DNA of 64,000 bases, from positions 41,119 to 105,118 of the forward strand of contig CAYVBY010000002.1 in assembly GCA_964449895.1 (NCBI GenBank), given 5' to 3'. Position 1 is the first letter of the stretch, and the number at the start of each line of letters is the position of its first letter. Under the pieces are notes generated by a model. It saw only the letters and a list, made by a program, of their open reading frames with translations, ran no database searches and was not told the DNA's origin. The position numbers and the translations under genes are program-made. Below are positions 30,124 through 39,700 of the stretch, piece by piece. The DNA is from an uncultured Clostridium sp. GTDB lineage: Bacteria > Bacillota > Clostridia > Peptostreptococcales > Peptostreptococcaceae.

Positions 30124-31512
30124 TTATTTTATTTCATCTTGTATTCCTGGAATTATAGGTAATTTATCAAACCCTACTTGTAAATCTTCATCTGTAGGAA
30201 TATAATCAGTCATTTTTCCTTCTGTATAAGCATTATATCCCTTCATATCAAAATATCCTGTTCCTGTTAATCCAAATAATATTATCTTTTCATCTCCAGT
30301 TTCTTTACATTTTAATGCCTCATCTATTGCAACTCTAATAGCATGTGATGATTCAGGTGCTGGAAGTATAGTTTCAACTTTAGCAAATAATGTAGCTGCC
30401 TCAAATACTTTAGTTTGCTTAACTGCAACAGCTTCCATATATCCATCGTGGTATAATTTAGATATTACTGGATTCATACCGTGATATCTAAGTCCTCCTG
30501 AATGACTTTTAGATGGTGTAAATTCACACCCTAAAGTATACATTTTAGCCATAGGAGTTATTTTACCTGTATCACAGAAATCATAAGCATATTTACCTCT
30601 TGTAAGAGATGGACAAGATTCTGGTTCTACTGCTATTATTCTAGGATTAGCCTTTCCTAATAACTTATCTTGCATATATGGAGCTATAAGTCCTCCTAAG
30701 TTAGATCCTCCACCTGCACATCCTATTACTATGTCTGGATATTCTTCTAATTTATCCATAGCAGCTTTAGCTTCTAAACCTATTATTGATTGATGTAAAA
30801 GTACTTGATTTAAAACAGATCCTAAAACATATTTATAACCATCCTTACTTACTGCTACTTCAACAGCTTCAGATATTGCAGTTCCTAAAGAACCTGGAGC
30901 ATCTGGATTTTGAGCTAATATTTTTCTACCTGCATTTGTTGTATTACTTGGCGATGGAGTTACATCTGCACCAAATACCTTCATTATATTTTTTCTATCA
31001 GGCTTTTGTTCATAAGATACTTTAACCATATACACATTTAGAGGTAATCCAAAATAAGAACAAGCTTCTGATAGAGCAGTTCCCCACTGTCCTGCACCTG
31101 TTTCAGTTGTAACACCTTTTAAACCCTCTTTTTTAGCGTAATACGCTTGTGCTATAGCTGAGTTTAACTTATGACTTCCCGAAGTGTTGTTGCCTTCAAA
31201 TTTATAGTATATTTTAGCTGGTGTTCCTAGAGCTTTTTCTAGATTATATGCTCTACAAAGTGGTGATGGTCTATATATTTTATACATTTCTCTAACTTCA
31301 TCTGGTATATCAACATATCTAGTTTTATTATCCATTTCTTGATGAGCTAATTCCTTACAAAATACAGGATATAAATCTTCTTCAACAGCTATTTTCATTG
31401 TAGCAGGATTTATCATAGGATCTGGTAATTCTTTCATATCAGCCCTTAGATTATACCATTGTTTTGGTATTTCTTCTTCACTTAAATATAATCTGTATGG
31501 TACTTTTTTCAT
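30124..31512 (-). CDS. trpB2: Stand-alone TrpB2 (tryptophan synthase beta-like PLP enzyme)
   Basis: IPKQWYNL, SGSHKLNSA (PLP Lys), ETGAGQWG, GGGSNLGG, GGLRYHG, APESSHA; start at 31512 after AGGAGG. Confidence 0.9.
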   Translation of the reverse strand: MKKVPYRLYLSEEEIPKQWYNLRADMKELPDPMINPATMKIAVEEDLYPVFCKELAHQEMDNKTRYVDIPDEVREMYKIYRPSPLCRAYNLEKALGTPAKIYYKFEGNNTSGSHKLNSAIAQAYYAKKEGLKGVTTETGAGQWGTALSEACSYFGLPLNVYMVKVSYEQKPDRKNIMKVFGADVTPSPSNTTNAGRKILAQNPDAPGSLGTAISEAVEVAVSKDGYKYVLGSVLNQVLLHQSIIGLEAKAAMDKLEEYPDIVIGCAGGGSNLGGLIAPYMQDKLLGKANPRIIAVEPESCPSLTRGKYAYDFCDTGKITPMAKMYTLGCEFTPSKSHSGGLRYHGMNPVISKLYHDGYMEAVAVKQTKVFEAATLFAKVETILPAPESSHAIRVAIDEALKCKETGDEKIILFGLTGTGYFDMKGYNAYTEGKMTDYIPTDEDLQVGFDKLPIIPGIQDEIK

Positions 31513-31551
31513 AAATATTCCTCCTATCATTTTTAAATTTATTTTTGTAAT

Positions 31552-31815
31552 AAAAAAAGACTTCTATCCCTATAATTTGGGACAAAAGTCATATCTTCTG
31601 CGGTACCACCCTAATTGGCTGTAAAAACCCTCTCATATCATGTACTATCATACATGCTCCTTTGATAACGGATGGAGTCTCCCGTCAGATACTACTAAGA
31701 TAACTTTTCGCTCTGCCCTCATAAGTCCATTCAATACAAGTTATTTGTCGCAATCCCACCATCTGCAACTCTCTGAAAAATAATTATTGTATCTACTACT
31801 CTTATTCATTGGTTT
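31552..31815 (-). ncRNA. T-box riboswitch, Trp specifier
   Basis: AATTAGGGTGGTACCGC (31600-31616), AGAGAG/GGUG stem-I motifs, specifier loop GAA-UGG-A (UGG at 31727-31729), terminator with U-run before the RBS. Confidence 0.9.
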
Positions 31816-31829
31816 GATTATTATTAATA

Positions 31830-31858
31830 ATAATATTTATATTTTTTTAATTTGTCAA
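31830..31858 (-). promoter_or_regulatory. SigA promoter of the T-box/trpB2 transcript
   Basis: TTGACA-17 nt-TATTAT immediately before the T-box. Confidence 0.7.
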
Positions 31859-31990
31859 CTATTTTTCTGAATTTTCTAATTATTATGCGATAATCTTTTC
31901 AAATATACATAGTTTAGCCTTATCTAATTTTATAAAATTTTTTAATTTATAAAAAAATGATTTATAATTAATTTATAAGGAGTGATTTGC

Positions 31991-33154
31991 ATGGATATAA
32001 AAAAACTATGTCTAGATATAGAAGACTTTATAATAAATATAAGACGAGATTTACACAAAACTCCTGAATTAGGCTTAAAAGAATTTAAAACTAAGGAAAA
32101 AATAAAAAAATATCTAGATGAAATAGGAATTGATTATATAGAACATAAAAATTCAACTGCAATAGTTGCAAATATAAATAATAATTTTGAAAAAACAGTA
32201 GCTTTAAGAGCTGATATAGATGGATTACCTATAGTTGAAGAAATAGATTCAGAGTATAAATCTGAAAATGAAAACACAATGCATGCTTGTGGACATGATG
32301 CACATACTGCAATGCTACTTGGTGCGTGCAAGGTTTTATATGAAAATAGACACCTCTTAAAAGTAAATGTAAAATTCTTCTTCCAACCTGGAGAAGAAAT
32401 AGGTGCTGGAAAATATATGATTGAAGAAGGCTGTCTTGAAAATCCAAAGGTCGATTTCATCTTTGGTCTTCATGTAGGCTCCCATATAAAAACAGGCTAT
32501 ATCGAAATAAAAAAAGGTACAGCAGCTGCATCTACAGATAGATTAATCCTAAAGATAATAGGCAAAAATGGTCATGGTGCTTATCCACATGAAGGAATCG
32601 ATGCCATAGTAATAGCATCTTACTTGGTGACAGCTCTTCAAAGCATAGTAAGCAGAAATACAGATCCCACAGATTCTGTCGTAATATCCTTTGGAAAAAT
32701 ACAAGGTGGAAGCAAAGGCAATATTATATGCAATGAAGTAAATTTAACAGGAACTCTTAGAACACTAAATGAAGAAACTAGAAAATCTACTAAAGAAAAA
32801 ATAAAGCTTATGTGCGAAAATATAAGTGCAGGATTTGGTGGAAAAGTAGAACTTGAAATAATACCTGGAATTCCAGCATTAGTAAATGATTCTAATTTAG
32901 TAGACTTGGTTATAAAAAATACATCAGAGCTTTTAGGTTCTGATAAAGTTTTAAATAAGGAAAAATCTCCTCTTGGAGCTGAAGATTTTTCCTGGTTTTT
33001 ACAAAAAGTACCAGGAGTATTTTTTAATTTAGGTTGTGGCAATGAAGAAAAGGGAACTACATATCCTATACATAATTCAAAATTTCAAATTGATGAAGAT
33101 TGTCTTGTAATAGGAACTATGATTCATGTAAAAAATGTATTATCATTAAAATAA
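31991..33154 (+). CDS. M20D family amidohydrolase
   Basis: RRDLHKTPELG, LRADIDGLP, MHACGHDAH, FQPGEE, GAEDFSW, HNSKF; start at 31991 after AGGAG. Confidence 0.88.
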   Translation: MDIKKLCLDIEDFIINIRRDLHKTPELGLKEFKTKEKIKKYLDEIGIDYIEHKNSTAIVANINNNFEKTVALRADIDGLPIVEEIDSEYKSENENTMHACGHDAHTAMLLGACKVLYENRHLLKVNVKFFFQPGEEIGAGKYMIEEGCLENPKVDFIFGLHVGSHIKTGYIEIKKGTAAASTDRLILKIIGKNGHGAYPHEGIDAIVIASYLVTALQSIVSRNTDPTDSVVISFGKIQGGSKGNIICNEVNLTGTLRTLNEETRKSTKEKIKLMCENISAGFGGKVELEIIPGIPALVNDSNLVDLVIKNTSELLGSDKVLNKEKSPLGAEDFSWFLQKVPGVFFNLGCGNEEKGTTYPIHNSKFQIDEDCLVIGTMIHVKNVLSLK

Positions 33155-33194
33155 AAGCTGTAATATTTATATATTGTAAAATTAGGAGGACACT

Positions 33195-33635
33195 ATGAAG
33201 AAATTACTACTTGCAAGCTTAATTTTTTTAACTGTATTTACCTTTGGATGTGGTAAAGACGATTCTTTAAATGACATGATAAAATTAAATAAAATAGATA
33301 TCTCCTCTTTAAGTAATTCAAAGATTAAAAAGATAACTGATGATAATAACTTAAAAGAAGGAGCTTACATTATAACTACAAAATCAAATACTTATTTATA
33401 TTTTTTAGGTATAGAAAATGAATTTACAGATATAAGTTGTAATTTAGAAGATAATATATTAAATATAAACTCTTCTTTAAATAAAAAAGATAATACTAAT
33501 GAATTATCTAAAAAAATGTTTGTTGTATATCAAAAGAACACTACTTCTTCAGACAAAAAAATTAATTATTTCGATACTATAAAGTTAACTATAAATGGCA
33601 AAGAATCAAACTTTAATTCCTATATTATTGAATAA
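33195..33635 (+). CDS. Uncharacterised lipoprotein
   Basis: Signal peptide with lipobox FTFG|C at Cys19; RBS AGGAGG. Confidence 0.75.
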   Translation: MKKLLLASLIFLTVFTFGCGKDDSLNDMIKLNKIDISSLSNSKIKKITDDNNLKEGAYIITTKSNTYLYFLGIENEFTDISCNLEDNILNINSSLNKKDNTNELSKKMFVVYQKNTTSSDKKINYFDTIKLTINGKESNFNSYIIE

Positions 33636-33671
33636 AATCACTTAAGCTCAAAACTTCTCATATAATAAAAC

Positions 33672-33725
33672 AAAAATCCTATACAGATGGTCTATTTTAC
33701 TAGACTAATCTGTATAGGATTTATT
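33672..33725. terminator. Bidirectional terminator between the lipoprotein and giant protein genes
   Basis: aaaatcctatacagat / atctgtataggatttt arms between convergent genes. Confidence 0.75.
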
Positions 33726-33793
33726 TTACTCTAACTTATATATTTTTCTACATCAAATTTAGATTTTAATAAAAATTATATATATTTATAATT

Positions 33794-36700
33794 TTACCAT
33801 TCTTCTTTCCAGCCTACATCATTTCCTAATAAATCAAAAACTGATATAGATCCATTTTTGTATGGAGAGTAAACTGTATATTCATTACCAGCTTTATCCT
33901 TATAAATTACATAAGATGCTGCTGTCATTTTTCTTTCAAATTGAGTTTTTGATATACCTACTATTGTTCCTAGATAAGTTACATAATTTTCTTTTTGGTT
34001 TACTTCGTAATTTACCTTACCTATACTTCTAGCAACCTTTGGTGTATTTAGTGTTAATGCTTCATCTTTAGCTAATAAATTAGCAGGTATAATTAAAGTA
34101 CCTTTTTCCACTATTTTATCACCATCATTATATAATTTAGTTCCAAATCTTATACCACTCTCATCATTAACTATTAATTTACCTTGTGCTCCTAGCATTT
34201 CAACATGAGCCCATTTAGCTTTATAAGTTATATTTTTAGTATACTTAGTACCTTTTTTATATTCAGTAGTTATATTATCAGTATCTTTATACCATCCAAC
34301 AAAAGTATATCCTTCTTTAACTGGTGCTTGAGGAGTAAAATCTAATGTTTCTCCTTTTTCTATTGTTTTTACTACTGGCTCTGTACCATTATCTGCATCA
34401 AATGTAATATCTAAAGCTTTTTCTTTTACTGTAATTGTGCAAACTGGTGCTGTTATTACTGCTTTACTATCACTTATAGTTAAGTCAGTATTTTTAGCTG
34501 AAATTGTATATGTTCCTACTTCGTCAAAGCTTATAGATGCTTTACCGTTTTTATCAGTTACTATATTTGTATCTTCTCCATCTATAGTTATTGTAGAACC
34601 TGATATACCTTTTGATTCTGGATTTAGGTATGCATCAGCACTATTAAATCCTAATAATTCTAAATCTACTTTTTCACCTTGTCTTACTGTAATTGAGCTA
34701 TCTTTAAAGTATGTATAGAACATTGGAATTTGATAATCTGTATACATTGTTACATTTACATCATCACCTGATCTAAGTTTGATATTATCTGCTGAAGAAC
34801 CCCAGATAATCTTTTGATCTTCTAGCCATTCTCCTGGGAATTTATTATTTACCATATATGATAATTGTGTTGTTTCTTCATTCCAGAATTTAGTAATATA
34901 TAAATCATTACCTTGAGCTGTACTATTATTTGGTATTCCATTAAATGCATCTACACCTTCTGAATATAACTTATGAGTTAATATAAATGCATTTAATAAT
35001 GTTGGACGCTCTGTTTTTGAATTATATACATCATCATATCCATATTCAGTTACATCAAAGTTTGTAACTTTGACTGGAACTCTTGACATAGCTATAGATT
35101 CATCTGATGATAATTTAAATTCTCCATCTTTACTTATTGTAACATATACTGTAACTCCAAGTTCTATTGATACTGAATTTACACCATCTTTTATTGTTAC
35201 AGTTCCTTTTTCTGTATCAAAACCGTCTTTTGAAACTGTGTAAGTGTAAACTCCACTAGTTGCTAAACTACTATAAAGTGCAGCATTTTTAACTACAGAA
35301 GCTGGTTTTACTATATTTCCTTTAGCATCTTTTAGTTCTATATTTACATCTTTTACATTAACATTTACAATTAAGTTGCAATTTTCTGGTGCAAGAACTG
35401 CATCATTATCTAAAGTTGTCCATGGTTTATATCCATTTTCAGCTGTAACATTTGCATTTAATAAGCTTGCTACATCTCCATTTGCATATTGTTCAGTTGT
35501 TTTACCAGTATTTTGTCCTTCTACATCTGCAGTAACATTTTGTATAGCAAGTTCTGCATAATCACTATTATAGTAATTGTTATTATATGTAGCCTTATAA
35601 TTTGTATACGCTATACCACCTGCTTTATATTTACTTGTAGAAGTTACTTTTCCACTATTTGAACAGTTTTCTACTTTTGCATTTGTAGATGCAGTATGAA
35701 CTATACCTCCTACTTGTTGTCCTTTTAGGTTAGCTGTATTGCTGCAATTTTCAATAGTAGCACTACTTATAGTACTTGCTATTGAAGCTACTGAAGCATT
35801 CTTTTTAGCTTTTTGTGTAATTTCTCCATTATTTTGACAGTTTTTAATAACTGCATTTTGACTTACTTGTCTAACTATACCTGCACCACCAGTTGGGTCA
35901 ACTATATTTCCATTGTTTACACAGTTAACTATTGTTCCTCCATTTAAATAACTAACTATACCACCTACTGTTGCATAAGAGCTTCCAAAATCCATATCTA
36001 TATTACTAACACAATTTTCTATTGTTCCATTTGTACAAGTGTTTATTATACCTCCACCTGTTTTATACATGTAACCACTTACTTTAAGATTTTTAAGTGT
36101 TCCATTAGTAATAGAATTAAATAAAACTCTGTTATAAAGTCCACTTATTGTATAATTTTGTCCATCAAATGTTCCTTGGAATGCTCCTATAGCAGTCCAA
36201 ACTTCAGGTTTACCATTTACAGTTATATTTCCTTCTTCATCCTTATTAAAGAACTCTGAACTATTTAATTCTATATCATTTCCTAATTTTATAGTTTTTC
36301 CTGCAAAATTATCTTTTGCTATAGAAATAGTATTTCCATTTGTTATTTTAACAAGACCTACTAATTGATCCTTTGTAGTTATTGTAAATTCAGTCTTATC
36401 AGTATTATACCAATCTACATCATATATTCTATTCATAGATAATGATATAGTATCTAAATCAGAATCTGTAACTGTAAATGTACAATCACTACCTGAAATA
36501 GTTTCAAATCCATCTGCAGCTGCAGTATAAGTATATGTTCCTGGAAGTAACTCATATGTAGACCAATCATCTGATAATGGAATTTGATATCCTTCACTAT
36601 TTTTAATTGTTACTTTTAATTTAGTTGTAGCATTTGAATCAAATGATACTTTATATCCAGATGTCATTTGAACATCAATTTCGACCTTAGTTGCTTCCTT

Positions 36701-39700
36701 TACTGGTTCAACAGTAAATTCTTTTATAACTGTTGGATATTTTTCAGATGAAGCATAATAGTAGTAATCTCCTGGAAGTAATGTATATGTACCATTTTCA
36801 TTAGCTGTAACTAATTTTTTATTGCTCTTTTGATATAATAATACACTTAAATCATCTACATTAGATTTAAAACTAACCTCTGTAGAAATATATGATAATG
36901 TAACATTTATAGTAGTAGCATTTCCATCATATGTTATTTCTTTAGTTTGAGGCTCATATCTATCAGCACTTACTGTATATGTATAAGTTTTGCCTGATTC
37001 TAATGAATTCTTGTAATAGCTATATACACCTTCTGTTATAGGTTTAATCACATTTCCTTCACTATCTTTAAGTTCTACTTTTGCATCACTTGGAGATAAT
37101 GTAAATGACATTCCTGCTATATTTTCTCCAAAAGTAGTTACTTTATTTTCATCTACTTTCCAATCTTTAAATTTATTATCTGCTGTTAAACCTTTGTTTA
37201 ATAATTTAGCAACATCTCCATTTTCAAATTCAGCTTTTGTTTTAGCAATACCTTCAGTAGTTGTACCTTGATTTTCACTCTTTTCTAAGAAGTAACAATT
37301 AGAAATTGTAACTGAACCTGATTTTTTAGCTATAATTTCATTTTTAGCATTTCCAATATTATAGCAGTTCATTATATTTGTTAAATAACTTTCTCCAACT
37401 ATACCACCTGAAGCTTCATTAGATGTTTTAACTTCACCTAAATTGTAGCAATTTCCTACAAAAGTTTTATATCTTTGATCTCTATATGTGTATCCAGCTA
37501 TACCACCTATTTGTTGTGAATTATCTGATGTTCCAGTTACTTGACCTTTATTATATGAATTAATTAAATAATAAGCTCTAAGTATATATCCAGTAATTCC
37601 ACCTATTTTTGATTCTCCTGATACATTACCTTCATTTATACAAGAATCTAAATAACCATTAAAAGATAAATTACCTACAATACCACCACAACAATCAGAA
37701 CCACTTATATTTCCTTTATTTATACAATTTGATACAATTGCATCTGAGTTTATAAATCCTGTAATTCCTCCTACTGTACCTTTACCAGTTATATTTGCTT
37801 CATTTATACAATTATTTATTACTGTTGAATTTATTGCATATCCAACAATACCACCGACATAAGTACTTTTAGCTGATACATTTCCCTTTACAGTCAAGTC
37901 GTATATTTTAGCCCCGTCAGCACATCCAAATAAACCAACATATTGTGAATTATCTGTTATATTAATATTTATATCTATGCTGTGATTATTACCATTAAAT
38001 GTACCTTGGAATTTTTTCTTATAACTTCCTATAGGTAAAAGTTCGCCAATTTTATCACTAACTTTTATATCATTTGCTAAAACAATAGTTTTATTTTTAA
38101 ATGTTTCTGTATATGAAGTTTGTCCATTTACTATAGCAGCAAGCCCTGCTAATTCTTTTTCATTAGTTATTTCAAAGCTATCCTTAGTAGAATCATACCA
38201 AGATATATCGTATTCAGCTCCAGTCAATGTAACTGTTAGCTCTAAATCAGTATCAACTAACTCAAATTCGCCACTTACTTCATCATAGCCACCTGCACTA
38301 GCTTTATAAGTATATTTACCTTTTTTAAGCTCATAAGTTTTTTCTGATTTTGGTTCTACTAATTCACCATTTTCTTTATATACTTTTATTTCTTGATTTC
38401 TAGTAGTTTCTGGTTTTACAACAAATTTAACATTAAATTTTTGTTCTAGTTTTACAGAAATTTCTTGGTCCTTAGAATCTACTGTAAATGTATCGTTTTT
38501 ATCATAGAATTTATTTTTTGATACTTCATAAGAGTAAGTACCATTTGTAAGATAGTAGCTTCCATCTTCATTAGCTGTTATTTTATTACCTTCGCTATCT
38601 TTTACTACTACTACTGCATCACTTGGATCTGTATTTATAGTAATTTTAAATAAAGCATTTAATTTTATGCTCTTATTAACATCAGCTTCTTTAATTTTAA
38701 CTGTACCAGTTTTATCCTCGTATCCTGTGCAAGTTATTTTATAAGTATATGTTCCTACTGAAAGCTTATATTTTCTGTCTGATACTTTATAATTTTTAGA
38801 AGCATTTTCTTTAATTTCATTTTTATCTGAATCATATAAAGTAAATACAGCTTTTGATGTATCTTGTCCTTCTCCAGTTATATCAAATGTAGCATTTGCT
38901 AATTTGAAAAGCTTAGTTTCTTTTCCTACTACATCCCATGAATAATATAAATTATTTTCAGTATTTACATTTTTATTTAATAAATCTGCTATTTTAGAAT
39001 TTGCAAAGTCATCTTCTGTATAAACATTTCCATACATATAGTAGCTATCTACAGCTTGAGTTCCTTCTTTTACTACTAATTTTGAACTCTTAACATAACA
39101 GTTTTTAACTGTTGCGTTGTTTGTAATAACTAAGTTGTTATCTGATAAGTTATATGAGTTTTCAACTCTACCATTATTATTATTTACTAATGAACCATTT
39201 CCTTCTATACATGCATTTACTACTATAGCTTTTTGACCTAAATTATTAAATAAGCTTCCATTTATATTTTTAACTGCATATCCAGCTCCATCAAAAGTAC
39301 CATTAAATGTACCTATTCCAGCCCATTCTTTGTCATTTAAATCTAAATCATGTGATAATACTATAGTTTTTCCAGCAAAATCATTTCCTTCTTTAGTTAA
39401 TTTTAAAAGACCTGCTAATTGATTATTATTAGATATTTTAAAGCTTGAATCAGATTCATTGTACCATGTAGTATCTGCTGATTCTCCATCCCATAAAGAT
39501 GATAATTTTGCTAATTTAACACCTATTGATTTATTAGCTCCGTCTATTGTGAATTCACCAGTTTTTGTAGCATATTCATCTTTTGATACTTCATAAGTAT
39601 AAGTACCATTTGGAACTGTGTATATGTTATCATCTGAAGTTAATATATTTCCTTCGCTATCTTTTACAATTAATTTAGCGTCACTTGGTGTTATACCAAA

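Noticed and set aside
33195-33635. Lipoprotein as a PrcB-like protein
   Set aside because: Only vague beta-strand pattern similarity; no diagnostic motif
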